DNA of 64,000 nt from Deltaproteobacteria bacterium (GTDB taxonomy: Bacteria; Myxococcota_A; Polyangia; GCA-2747355): positions 134,945 through 198,944 of the forward strand of contig JACKDQ010000002.1 in the NCBI GenBank assembly GCA_020633415.1, written 5' to 3'. The position numbers and the translations under genes were made by a program. The notes under the pieces were generated by a model, which was not told the DNA's origin, searched no databases, and worked only from the letters and a program-made list of their open reading frames with translations. Shown piece after piece: positions 27,080-36,739 of this stretch; position 1 is the stretch's first letter; the number at the start of each line of letters is the position of its first letter.

Positions 27080-28534
27080 TCAGAAGGTGTACTGCAATTC
27101 GAGGCTCGGCAGATGACTACGCCCCGCTCCACGTCCGTTGCTGGGCGGCTGACTGACGCTGTTGCGAATATCGCGCTCGATCAGCTCGTACAGCAGATAG
27201 CTGGCGAGCAGTCGCCAACGCCCGGCAAAGGTATAGCGCACGCCGAATGAGAGGTTGTAGCTGCTCATCGATGGACTCGACAGCGAGAACGCCGGATCTT
27301 CGACCGGTGACTTGTCATAGGAAAAGCCGGCCATCACTTCGAGCTTGGGCAGTGTGCGCAGCGGCCGAACCAGCACCCCAATTCCGAACTCGTAGCTGAG
27401 ATCGTAGAAATTCGTCTGCGTCAACGAGGCGGCATCGATCACTTCGCGACCGGGCTGCTTCGCATCATAGACCGGCGTAACCTTGAGATCGTCGAGCAAC
27501 TGATAGAGCCAAAACCGCGCGTCGACCGAAATCTCGACCTGGCGATGGGGAATCACAGTAAACCCAACGCCGAGCGAATGGGGAATCTCGATCTTGATTT
27601 TAAGCGCCGTCGGCAGCTTTACCCCCGCGGTATCGAGCAACACCGGCAATTGGCTGGGATTGCGCTGAGCGGAAAAGCTCACACCACCGTCGTACTGCGC
27701 GGGCGTCGAACCGCTGTAGTTGAAGCCGAGGATCAACCAGGGCAGCGGCGTGATCTTTAGACCGAGCCCCCAGCTCATGCCGTGGTCGATGCCGGTAAAG
27801 TCGACGGTGATGTCGCCGAGCAACAGCTGGGCGGTCTCCGCCTCGAGGCCGGGCACGCTCACCAAATCGGTCAGCGTGGAGATCAAACTCATCCGCCGAG
27901 TAAACGCCATGCGCATCAGGTTGTAAGAGAGCGTGCCGCCCACAGCGATCTTGTCGTTGATACGCCAAGAGGCACCGAATGTCGCGGTGCCCATCGCGAA
28001 GTTGCCCGAGATAAAGTTGTACTGTGACGGTGCGTCGGCCGGCAAAACCGCGCCGAAGAAGCCCGGCAGGTAGAGGGCAAGTCCAACGACGATGTCCCGT
28101 CGCCCCCAGCGCGCGAGATCGCTGGTCACCGCCGCATAGGGCAGGATACCAACGTTGGCCTCAGGAACGATCGGCTTGGTGTAAAAGCCATCGGGACCGA
28201 CCGGCCAGGGGCAAGGCGCGTGACCCGCTGTGCCGCAGCCCGGCGGATTGAGTTCCGGATAGCGCGTCTCGTCGAGCTGGCGCAGCCAAAACTGCGTCTC
28301 AACGAAGACCATCACGTTGGACAGGTAGAGCGTCGTGCCAGGGATGTCGGCTAGCGCGCCGGGGTTGTGCACCAGCGCGGTGGCTTCATCAACGCTGGCA
28401 ATGTTGGCCAGCGCGGCCATCCGCCGCCCGCCCATCGACGTCAGAATGAAGCCACCGGCATGGGCCGCCGTCAGCGGCGCCGAGATCAGCGTCGCCAGGC
28501 AGAGCCAACAAAGTAGCGATCGCCGGCCCGTCAA
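27080..28534 (-). CDS. outer-membrane transport protein (FadL/OmpP1/TodX-like)
   Basis: TTG start. Signal peptide ...PLTAAHA. Beta-barrel strand pattern. C-terminal ...LELQYTF (terminal Phe). Confidence 0.7.
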   Translation of the reverse strand: MTGRRSLLCWLCLATLISAPLTAAHAGGFILTSMGGRRMAALANIASVDEATALVHNPGALADIPGTTLYLSNVMVFVETQFWLRQLDETRYPELNPPGCGTAGHAPCPWPVGPDGFYTKPIVPEANVGILPYAAVTSDLARWGRRDIVVGLALYLPGFFGAVLPADAPSQYNFISGNFAMGTATFGASWRINDKIAVGGTLSYNLMRMAFTRRMSLISTLTDLVSVPGLEAETAQLLLGDITVDFTGIDHGMSWGLGLKITPLPWLILGFNYSGSTPAQYDGGVSFSAQRNPSQLPVLLDTAGVKLPTALKIKIEIPHSLGVGFTVIPHRQVEISVDARFWLYQLLDDLKVTPVYDAKQPGREVIDAASLTQTNFYDLSYEFGIGVLVRPLRTLPKLEVMAGFSYDKSPVEDPAFSLSSPSMSSYNLSFGVRYTFAGRWRLLASYLLYELIERDIRNSVSQPPSNGRGAGRSHLPSLELQYTF

Positions 28535-29136
28535 AACGTTCTCGATCCCCGGGCCTGCACACCGGCTATCGCAACAGTCTTGCAGCCGCTGAGCGACTGC
28601 GATCCCTGGCGCAAATTGCAGCCACCGCGCAACCAGCGCTGCGGCTGATGCTCAACTCGCTGGGCCAACTGCGGCAACGCGACCGCCAGCCATCCGCGAC
28701 AAAGACGGTTGTCAGGCACACGGCAATCGTATTGGGCGACCATGCGGGCAGACTCACTCGGTAGCCCTTTTTGATCATAACTTGCCGAAAAGCGCAACCG
28801 ATCTGGCGGTCCACCACAGTCTGCGAAAATCCGAGGCTTCGCATTCATCGTGGTCGGTAATGCAGAAAGCGCTCCAGGTCGCGTCTCAATGAATCCGCTA
28901 GCCTGCGTAGCGACACACGCGCTAGTGGAAGGCTCAGGCGCCGCATGCCAACGGCACTACGTCACCCCGCTCCGTTCGCCTCGACCAGAAACCATCTCAG
29001 TTCGCCTCGACCAGGCGCTGGCTGCTTGGCCTGCCGTCAGCGGCCGAACCGCCTGCATTTACGCAATCATTTCAGGTGGCTTTCGTGGCATGGCCCTTGC
29101 TTTGTTACGCCGTCGAGCTGCCTTGAGGGGGAGAGA

Positions 29137-29922
29137 ATGCGACCGTTGATTGCCACCACCGCCTGTTGCCTGCTGTTTGCGGCAACAAGCAGCGCCGCTC
29201 CGCTCAAGGGCCTGCCGCCCGCCACCCGCGCTTGGTTGCGGCCGATCGTCTCAGCGATCAAGTCGCACCAACCGCTCAAGCAACTGCTGCGCGAGCATCG
29301 CAGCGTCGAGATCAAAATCGGCGACGTCAACGTGACGCTCTACAACATGGTCAACATGACCGCGATTCGACTCAACGGTCAGGGCGTGGGCGTCGATGCC
29401 GAGCTGGCAAACCACTCGCTGTACGGCGCAAGGCTCGCCAACTACGGCTACAACTACGGCCACGAAAAGCTGCCGCAGCTCGACGCCGCGCTGATCGAGA
29501 AGCAGATCAACCAAGGCGTCGAAACAGCGCTCGAGACCTATCGCAAAGACCAGGCGATCACTAACGCCATACGCGATGGCATCGCACTAGCGAAAAAAGA
29601 AAGCGCCAACGTGCGCCGCGCGATGCGCCAGGGCGCACCACTGAGCGCCTGGGATAACCGCAGCGACGCTCACGATAAGCGAGCGCCCTACCACCAGGTT
29701 TACGTGGTCAAGGGGTGGATCCGGCCGACGTTTAGCGGTCAGTACGCGGCCTATCGGCCCAAACTGTTCGCCAAGCTGCAGCGCGCACTGTTCGGCTCGC
29801 AAGTGACCGCCGATCCGATGAAGACGATGGTCTCCGCACCCGAACTGAGTGGCTTGATCAAGTCGCTCACCGCGCGGCAGGTCGCCGACACGCTGATCAA
29901 TCAAGCCAAGTATCTCAAGTAA
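29137..29922 (+). CDS. hypothetical secreted protein
   Basis: GGGGGAGAG SD upstream of ATG 29137. Signal peptide MRPLIATTACCLLFAATSSA/AP. The upstream part of the track ORF was rejected. Confidence 0.65.
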   Translation: MRPLIATTACCLLFAATSSAAPLKGLPPATRAWLRPIVSAIKSHQPLKQLLREHRSVEIKIGDVNVTLYNMVNMTAIRLNGQGVGVDAELANHSLYGARLANYGYNYGHEKLPQLDAALIEKQINQGVETALETYRKDQAITNAIRDGIALAKKESANVRRAMRQGAPLSAWDNRSDAHDKRAPYHQVYVVKGWIRPTFSGQYAAYRPKLFAKLQRALFGSQVTADPMKTMVSAPELSGLIKSLTARQVADTLINQAKYLK

Positions 29923-29929
29923 ACGCGGC

Positions 29930-30751
29930 TCAGCCGCTGGTTTTCGCACGAGCGCGCTCAAGCAGCGCGATCATCTGAGTGCGCACCTGGTCGGCGCTGC
30001 CGAGCGGCGCATCAAAAGCCACGCGAATTGGCCGCGGTCCCTCGGGCGTCTCGGCGGACATCTCGAAGCCATAGCGATCGAGGGCGACCATCGTTGCCGA
30101 AGCGACACGCTCGGCGCGAGAAAAAGCGAGACAGTAGGCGACCAGCGCGTCCGCGTGGTCTTCGTTCATGTGGGCAACGATCTCTGGCGCCGCATCACAA
30201 AGTGGGTCGGGAAGCGCTTGTTGCCATTGGCCTCGCGGCACCCAAGACATCCGCCCAAAACCGCCGATATAGCGCACGCTCTCCACGTCGATCTGCCACA
30301 AGGCAAAGTCCTTGAAGTCGACGTAACTGCGGGCCTGCGGATGCGCCGCGAGGTAAACCTCGCGCGCCGCTGCCGTTGTCTCTGCAGGGACCCGCCTGCC
30401 CTGACCGAGGATGGTCACTCGCCCCAGAGCGAGGATATCCCCCGACGAGGTACGCGGTGCCTGGGGTGAAGTCGACTCGGCGACCAGCAGCGAGCAACGC
30501 CGATCGACGGTGAGGTTCTTGGTGTGCTCGGCCAGCGCGCTGATCAAAAACAGCGGCGCCCCGTCGTGCACCGCCAGGCTAACCACCGATCCATAGGGAT
30601 AGCCCGCGGGCTCGCGAGTCAGCGTGCAAAGCGTACCGTGACGGCAAGCGGCAACCAGCGTGCGGGCGCGCTCGGCGTGTGATGGCGCCGGGGTCTCGGC
30701 GTCGTAGAGCAGATCTTGCGGCGTGGTCGCGTCGTGGCGTTTGTTGGGCAT
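29930..30751 (-). CDS. PNPOx-like split-barrel + DUF2470 protein (haem-utilisation/HugZ-related family)
   Basis: N-terminal FMN-binding split-barrel-like region. C-terminal HMNEDHADALVAY motif typical of DUF2470. Confidence 0.75.
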   Translation of the reverse strand: MPNKRHDATTPQDLLYDAETPAPSHAERARTLVAACRHGTLCTLTREPAGYPYGSVVSLAVHDGAPLFLISALAEHTKNLTVDRRCSLLVAESTSPQAPRTSSGDILALGRVTILGQGRRVPAETTAAAREVYLAAHPQARSYVDFKDFALWQIDVESVRYIGGFGRMSWVPRGQWQQALPDPLCDAAPEIVAHMNEDHADALVAYCLAFSRAERVASATMVALDRYGFEMSAETPEGPRPIRVAFDAPLGSADQVRTQMIALLERARAKTSG

Positions 30752-30880
30752 CCACCGAGTCTACACCAGCAGCACCACCGAGATCGAACCAGGTCGTTTC
30801 CGCTGCCCACGGACGGCAAGCCTTATCGCCGCCGGGTCGTATCGGGCAGCAGCGCCACGCACCGCAGGTTTCGTCGAGGC

Positions 30881-31951
30881 TCAGTGGGATGAGGTTCGCT
30901 TGGCTTCATCTTCGCGACGCGCCAGGTTGAGCAGGAGCGCGGTGGTCGACATCTCGATTCGCGGCTTGCGCTCGACGTTTTGGTCGGAAAACTCAAATGT
31001 TCCATCGGCCCAACGACAAACCTCGGCCAGTGCATCGATTGGCTCAAGCTCCGAGGGCTCGAGCACTGCATCGATGACATCACCTTCGACGACAAAGATC
31101 GTCGCGCGACAATCGCCACGAATCGCCTTCAACTCACCGGTCAAGCGCTCCAGCGAAAACAGCGAAAGCAGCGTCGGCACGCCGATCCGCGTGAGTTGAC
31201 CAAAAAGCTCGTTCTTCGGCTCGCGCGACGATTCTGCTGCCAGCTCGATGAAGAGCTGCTCCACGGCGGCAGCGATCGAGGTGCCAGTGTTGACCTCTGT
31301 CGCCCCATCGAACTCGGCCGCCCGCTCATTATCTTGGCTGTCGCTCCTCTTTGCCCCCGCCGACCACTCCAGTTCGATCTCGAGCTTGGCCGGCGCGTCG
31401 CCGTCCGCGGCAGTCACGCCGGTAACCTTCGCTCGCCAAAACACACCTGGCGTTTGATCGAAGCAGATCTGCCCCAACTCCCCGGCTTCGGGAAGCCGAC
31501 CCACCAACGGATATTGACTGGTGATCAACCGGAACTGACCGGTCGGGTGCTTGATGTCGATCGCAAAGTCGTCGCCGACATGGATCTGTACATCCTCTTC
31601 CAATTGCAGCGTCACAATCTCCTGCACGACGCGATCGAGCGCTGCCCGTGTCTCGGGCGTATCCGGCATGAATTCGACAGCGACGCCGTAGATCGGCTCG
31701 GTCGATTCAGCGGCAAACAGGCTGATCAGGCGCGTCACGCGAGAAAGCACGCGCACCCAGTGAGCGCGCTCGCGCGATCCGACGGTGATCATCTGCATCG
31801 ATCCAACGTCGCCGACCGGCTGAACCAGCGTGAAATAGGCGCCGGTCAGACTGATGTCGCCGTGGCGCAACACCGGCAGATCATCGACGCCGTTGATCCC
31901 CACATAGTACGCCGAGCGCATGCGCGCCCCACCTCTACGTCTATCGGACAT
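30881..31951 (-). CDS. PilZ domain + C-terminal DUF4388 protein
   Basis: Start MSDRRRGGAR. RGGAR (RxxxR) and DISLTG (DxSxxG) are PilZ c-di-GMP motifs. C-terminal ...VPTLLSLFSLERLTGELKA...IFVVEGDVIDA...WADGTFEF resembles DUF4388. Confidence 0.7.
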   Translation of the reverse strand: MSDRRRGGARMRSAYYVGINGVDDLPVLRHGDISLTGAYFTLVQPVGDVGSMQMITVGSRERAHWVRVLSRVTRLISLFAAESTEPIYGVAVEFMPDTPETRAALDRVVQEIVTLQLEEDVQIHVGDDFAIDIKHPTGQFRLITSQYPLVGRLPEAGELGQICFDQTPGVFWRAKVTGVTAADGDAPAKLEIELEWSAGAKRSDSQDNERAAEFDGATEVNTGTSIAAAVEQLFIELAAESSREPKNELFGQLTRIGVPTLLSLFSLERLTGELKAIRGDCRATIFVVEGDVIDAVLEPSELEPIDALAEVCRWADGTFEFSDQNVERKPRIEMSTTALLLNLARREDEAKRTSSH

Positions 31952-31968
31952 ATCCCCCCAACTTGCGA

Positions 31969-32847
31969 TTACGGATATAGACCCGCGAATGCAACCCGTG
32001 GCGCCGCTGTCGACACCCCCCAGTCCTCGCTGCCGTTGGCGTAGACCAGCACGTTGCCGCGCTCCAAGGTCAGACACACATCACGCAGACGCCCCCCAGC
32101 TTGGCGAATTCTGCGCACCGCTTCGAGGAAGTCGTGTGTGTAAGCTACGCGTTGATAGACCGCCTCCTGCGCGGAGACGATGATCACTTCAGGGTCGGCA
32201 GCGACCAGATAGTCGATATCGACCGATCCGTGAAAGTGGTGATTGGCGCGATAAACGTCGGTCGTTAGCAGGGCCGGGAATCGCTCGGCGATCCGCCGCT
32301 GCCCGCTGGCGTAAACATCAGCACCATGGGTGTAGGAAAAGCCATCGAGTTCCAGGCGAAAGGCCAAGGAACGATCGTTTTCGTCTTCAGCATCGGCGTA
32401 AGCGTTGAGAATCGTCAGTCGCACGCCTTCAAAGTCGAGCACCTGACCCGCTTCGAAATTGCGATAGTCCCATACCTCTTTGACGTGAAACTGCTTGAGC
32501 AGGCGTTCGCGCTGGCCGACGTGATCCTCGTGGTAATGGGTGTTGATGTAATAGGCGAGCTCGCCGATCTGGTGACGCTCGAGAAATGGAATCACACGGC
32601 GCTCGCACCACTCATCTTTGGCCGAGTCGACCAACGCGACGCGCCCACTCGGCAGGATCAGCAGCGTCGAATCGCCATGGTCGACGTCGAGACAGACGAC
32701 CTTCAAACGATACGGACCGCCGGCATGACGCAATGGGTCAACCGTCTGCTGGACGTGCGCCAGCTCACACGCTGCCGTCTCTTGCGAGGACTCCCGCCGA
32801 AGGGCTCGCAAGCGTTTGAAAAGTTTCAGAGCCATCGGTTCGCTCAA
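31969..32847 (-). CDS. MBL-fold metallo-hydrolase
   Basis: YINTHYHEDHVG (HxHxDH). Lies 17 nt upstream of the PilZ-DUF4388 gene. Confidence 0.8.
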   Translation of the reverse strand: MSEPMALKLFKRLRALRRESSQETAACELAHVQQTVDPLRHAGGPYRLKVVCLDVDHGDSTLLILPSGRVALVDSAKDEWCERRVIPFLERHQIGELAYYINTHYHEDHVGQRERLLKQFHVKEVWDYRNFEAGQVLDFEGVRLTILNAYADAEDENDRSLAFRLELDGFSYTHGADVYASGQRRIAERFPALLTTDVYRANHHFHGSVDIDYLVAADPEVIIVSAQEAVYQRVAYTHDFLEAVRRIRQAGGRLRDVCLTLERGNVLVYANGSEDWGVSTAAPRVAFAGLYP

Positions 32848-32929
32848 CGATTATCGCAGATCCTTGCACGGACCGCGACCACCCACGGATAACGCGCGCC
32901 CTATTTGACTGTTTTGCTATACTAGGCCC

Positions 32930-34228
32930 ATGAAATATCGCTTGTTGGCCCTACGCGCCCTGCTCGGCGGTGCAGCGTCCTGCTTGGCCATTGTGTCCAG
33001 CGCAACGCTGTTTGTCTCTAGCTGCGCAAGCGGCGAAACGGAGATCAAGGAGAAGGCGATCGCCACCGACGCGTCGCTCGGCGACGTTGGCAATGGCGAT
33101 GGTGCGCTGCTCAGCGATGGGAACGGCCAAGACATTCAAACGACAGTGGTCGACAGCGACGGTGACGGGCACTGTGCGCCGGGGACGGTCGACCCGCGAT
33201 GCTTGAGTGACAAGGACTGCGACGACAACGACGACAAGCGCCACCCCGGCGCCGTTGAAACCTGCGCTGACATCGGCATCGACAACGATTGCGACGGAGA
33301 CGACCAGGAGGTCGACGCCGACGGCGACGAAAAGGATGATCGCGGTGAAACCTGTAGCACGAGCTTGCCGGGGATCTGTCAGGCTGGAAAGACTGGCTGC
33401 GAAGCAAACCAGCTCAGTTGCCTGAGTGACTATCGGCTCGGTCAGATCAGCGAAACCTGCAACGGCGAAGACGACGACTGCAACGGCAAGACCGACGATG
33501 GCCAGCTCTGCAGCAACGGCAATAGTTGTCAGGGCCTCAGTGGGTGTCAATGTAATGGCCAGGCAGCGTGTATCGGCTCGACGAGCTGCTGCCCAAGCGG
33601 CTGCGCCGACACGGAGACCTCAACCGAAAACTGCGGTGGCTGCGGCGTCGGCTGCGGCGCCAGCGAGACCTGCGGCGCGGGCAAGTGCGAGTGCGGCACG
33701 ACGATCGGCAGCGTGGGCGGCGGAACTGCCTGCCCGACGGGAACGCACTGCGACGGCACGAGCTGCGTGCTCGACTGCACCACCAAAGGTAACCAAGCGA
33801 CGACGGCACTTGCGGCCAGCAGCGGCGGTGGGTTCGGCGACAAGGGTCCGAGCGCAATGATCGACGGCGCGCTGCAGTCTTCCTGCGGGTTTCACTGGAT
33901 CACGGCGACATCGACGCCGGCCGACAGTTGGATCGAGCTCAGCTGGTCCAATGCTGTGCGGATCAACCAGATCGAAATCGATACCGCCCCGGAAGCCGGC
34001 GCCTGCTCGATGTCATCGGGGCGAACACTCGCCGGCGGCACGTTGCAGTACCATGATGGCAGCAAGTGGGTAGCGATCGACACGATCAGCAACAAGCTCG
34101 ACGACTGGACGGCAGCCTTCCCCACGTTAGAAACGCGGCGATTGCGGATCTATGGCGCCCACGCCTCCAACAAGGGGCACTTCGATTCAAACCCGATGAT
34201 CTTCGAGTGGAAGGTCTACTGCCGCTAG
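32930..34228 (+). CDS. Cys-rich lipoprotein with metal-binding-motif repeats and a C-terminal F5/8-type-C (discoidin)-like domain
   Basis: Lipobox FVSSC. DGDGHC...DCDDNDDxxHPGAxExC and ETCNGEDDDCNGKTDDG repeats. GCGxxC run. Galactose-binding-like C-terminal ~150 aa. Confidence 0.8.
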   Translation: MKYRLLALRALLGGAASCLAIVSSATLFVSSCASGETEIKEKAIATDASLGDVGNGDGALLSDGNGQDIQTTVVDSDGDGHCAPGTVDPRCLSDKDCDDNDDKRHPGAVETCADIGIDNDCDGDDQEVDADGDEKDDRGETCSTSLPGICQAGKTGCEANQLSCLSDYRLGQISETCNGEDDDCNGKTDDGQLCSNGNSCQGLSGCQCNGQAACIGSTSCCPSGCADTETSTENCGGCGVGCGASETCGAGKCECGTTIGSVGGGTACPTGTHCDGTSCVLDCTTKGNQATTALAASSGGGFGDKGPSAMIDGALQSSCGFHWITATSTPADSWIELSWSNAVRINQIEIDTAPEAGACSMSSGRTLAGGTLQYHDGSKWVAIDTISNKLDDWTAAFPTLETRRLRIYGAHASNKGHFDSNPMIFEWKVYCR

Positions 34229-34268
34229 CGCGAGTCAGTCCGCGCGGCGCGTGTTCACTCGATCGGCG

Positions 34269-35738
34269 CTAAGACCAGCGCTGGCGATTTGCGATCGCGC
34301 GCTGATAGAGCGCGAGATAGGCCGTCGCCGAGGCTTGCCAGCCAAAGTCTTCGCTCATCGCCGCACGGCGCAGCGCAGCTAGATGCTGCGGACGATCGAA
34401 GTAGGTCGAAACGGCCCAGCCGATGGTGTCAAACAAGGCCGCAGGCGTGGCCGCCTCAAAGACAAAACCTGTCCCGTCGCCGCTGGCTTCGTCGTAGTTT
34501 CTCACGGTGTCAGCCAAACCACCGGTCGCCCGCACGATAGGGAGCGTTCCGTACTTGAGCGAATAGATCTGATTGAGCCCACACGGCTCGTAGATCGACG
34601 GCATCACAAAGAAGTCGCTGCCGGCCTCGATCAGATGGCTGAGCGCTTCGTCGTAGCCGAAAAACGAACCGACGCGGCCCGGCCAGCGAGCGGTGAGCTC
34701 GCCGAAAAATCCCTCGAGTGCGAGGCTTCCTTGGCCGAGGACAACAAACTGCATGCTCAGTTGAGCGAGCGCACGCTCGATCGTACCGCGCAAAAGCTCG
34801 AGACCCTTCTGCGGCGCAAAGCGACTTACCACGCCAAATAGCGGAACGTCGGCCCGTTGTTCCAGGCCAAAGCGCGCTTGAAGCGCCGCTTTGCAGCGCC
34901 ACTTGCCGGTCAGATCGTCGATCGAAAAGTTCGCAGGCAGCAGCCGGTCGGTCGACGGATCCCAATGCTCGTAATCCACCCCGTTGAGGATGCCAACGAA
35001 ATCGTCGCCGCGGTCGGTGAGGTATGGGGCCAAGCCCTGTCCGCCGACGGGATCGACGAGTTCCTTGGCATGGGTCGGCGAAACGGTCGTCAGCGCATCG
35101 GCGAAGAAGATGCCCGCCTTGAGCAGGTTAAGCCGTCCGTGGTCCTCGATCACCCGCGGTGTCAACCATTGGTCACCGACGCCAAGGTAGCCGAATAGTT
35201 CCCCATCGAACACGCCTTGGTAACCGATATTGTGAATCGTCAGCACGCTTGCCACGCCCGACAGCGGCGAGAGGATCCGGTCCCAGGTCTTGAGAAACAT
35301 CGCCGCCAGCGCCGTCGGCCAGTCGTGTAGGTGAACGACGTCTAGCCCAAGTTGGCGATCCTTTGCCAGCTGCAGCGCGGCCTTGCTGAGCAACGCAAAC
35401 CGATAGCCGTTGTCGGCATAGCCCTCGCCGCCAGCATCGTAGATGCCGGGTCGGTCAAAGCTCTCCTGGTGGTCGATCAACAGCACTGGTACTTCGCCAT
35501 CGAGTGAGCTGCGCCACACACCAATCCAATGTTCGGCCCCTTGACCCAAATGAACGCAGGCCGACCCATCGAAAACCAGCTTGTGACGTTGACGATCGAT
35601 CGCCCGGTAAAGCGGCATCACCACGCTGACCCGATGCCCCTGGCGGTGCAACGTCTTACTCAACCCCGCGACAACGTCGGCCAAGCCGCCGACCTTGGCA
35701 AAGGGAACGCACTCCGAGCAAATGAAGAGGATATTCAT
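34269..35738 (-). CDS. glgA: glycogen (starch) synthase
   Basis: Start MNILFICSECVPFAKVGGLADVV (KVGGLADV motif). C-terminal PSIYEPCGLNQIY...ATGGLADTV. Confidence 0.9.
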   Translation of the reverse strand: MNILFICSECVPFAKVGGLADVVAGLSKTLHRQGHRVSVVMPLYRAIDRQRHKLVFDGSACVHLGQGAEHWIGVWRSSLDGEVPVLLIDHQESFDRPGIYDAGGEGYADNGYRFALLSKAALQLAKDRQLGLDVVHLHDWPTALAAMFLKTWDRILSPLSGVASVLTIHNIGYQGVFDGELFGYLGVGDQWLTPRVIEDHGRLNLLKAGIFFADALTTVSPTHAKELVDPVGGQGLAPYLTDRGDDFVGILNGVDYEHWDPSTDRLLPANFSIDDLTGKWRCKAALQARFGLEQRADVPLFGVVSRFAPQKGLELLRGTIERALAQLSMQFVVLGQGSLALEGFFGELTARWPGRVGSFFGYDEALSHLIEAGSDFFVMPSIYEPCGLNQIYSLKYGTLPIVRATGGLADTVRNYDEASGDGTGFVFEAATPAALFDTIGWAVSTYFDRPQHLAALRRAAMSEDFGWQASATAYLALYQRAIANRQRWS

Positions 35739-35855
35739 CGACTCTAGGTAACCCGTCGAAGGCAAAGTAGAAATGGATTGTAGCCCAGTCCTCAGCCGAG
35801 GTCGATCCAACGAAGGCCCTTGGCGTGCGTCTTGAGCGATCCTAGACTCCCGGCC

Positions 35856-36389
35856 ATGACGATTAACATCCTGAGACCAACAAAGCTGTTATTCGTCGCC
35901 GCGCTTTGCCTGTTGGGCGGGTGTAGCGACAGCAAAGCGCCAGCCAACGACGCTGCGGCGGCCGACCAACGGATCACCGACGCCACGCTACCCAGCGATA
36001 GCATAGCGGTCGACGCGCTGAAAACGCTGACCTGCCCGGACCAAGTCCCTCAAGCAGGCACCGCTTGCGACGGCAAGGCACTGTGCAGCTATGCGGGCCC
36101 CGCCAACAAAGACGGCAAATGCCCGCTGGCTGCGTGTCAGGGCAGTGGTTCGACCTGGAACCTGCTCTACACCTTCTCTTGCGATCAGCCCTGCCAGCCA
36201 GCTTGCGACAACGGACAGGTCTGCCTAAGCGTCACCACCGGGCAAGTGACAAACAGCTGCAAGCCTTCGCCCTGCCCAACCGCTGGGCTAGCTGAGAAAT
36301 GCGCCTGCACGCTCTGCCCAGCCGAGACCAACCACTGCAACGTCTTGCCAGGCCGTGTGAGCTGCGACAACGTCGCCCCCAACGGCTAA
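35856..36389 (+). CDS. Cys-rich lipoprotein
   Basis: MTINILRPTKLLFVAALCLLGGCSD lipobox. 16 Cys in the mature 150 aa. Confidence 0.65.
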   Translation: MTINILRPTKLLFVAALCLLGGCSDSKAPANDAAAADQRITDATLPSDSIAVDALKTLTCPDQVPQAGTACDGKALCSYAGPANKDGKCPLAACQGSGSTWNLLYTFSCDQPCQPACDNGQVCLSVTTGQVTNSCKPSPCPTAGLAEKCACTLCPAETNHCNVLPGRVSCDNVAPNG

Positions 36390-36739
36390 CCACTAAGTTT
36401 GCGGGCGGCGACACCGACCATCAGTAGGCCGACGCAGATCACCAAAAAACCGGCCGCACCCAGGTAGCACCAAAACAGCACGCGCCGTCTGCCGCGCTCA
36501 GGCAAGCGCTCGTGAAGTCGCAGTGGGCGCCAGATCCAGCTGGCGGGCAGCGGGCCCTGGCGCCGCAGCACGCGATAGAGCAACAGATGGTAGTACGCGC
36601 CCGCGGGAATACCGACCGCCGCTCCGACGGCGGTTACCAAACAGCCGGCAACAAACAAGCGGCTACCACCGATGGCGAACAGCGCCGCCGTAGCGACCAG
36701 CCCCAACAAGATGCCGCAAACGATCAACACCTCGCGCAT
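36386..36739 (-). CDS. small membrane protein (about 117 aa, 3-4 TM)
   Basis: Start taken at the ATG sharing one base with the upstream stop (TGATG). Hydrophobic segments. Confidence 0.5.
   Translation of the reverse strand: MREVLIVCGILLGLVATAALFAIGGSRLFVAGCLVTAVGAAVGIPAGAYYHLLLYRVLRRQGPLPASWIWRPLRLHERLPERGRRRVLFWCYLGAAGFLVICVGLLMVGVAARKLSG

Noticed and set aside
26764-27116. Short ORFs (69-100 aa) inside the inverted-repeat spacer
   Set aside because: They are Arg/Ser-rich, overlap each other on both strands and have no start context. The region is better explained as structured non-coding DNA.
28531-28848. 105-aa and 92-aa minus-strand ORFs upstream of the fadL-like gene
   Set aside because: Hand-counted GC3 is about 50% against 80-90% in neighbouring genes. 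No SD or motifs. Treated as non-coding spacer.
30980-32044. 354-aa ORF antisense to the PilZ-DUF4388 gene
   Set aside because: Same antisense-of-high-GC artefact. The minus-strand frame has recognisable PilZ and DUF4388 motifs.
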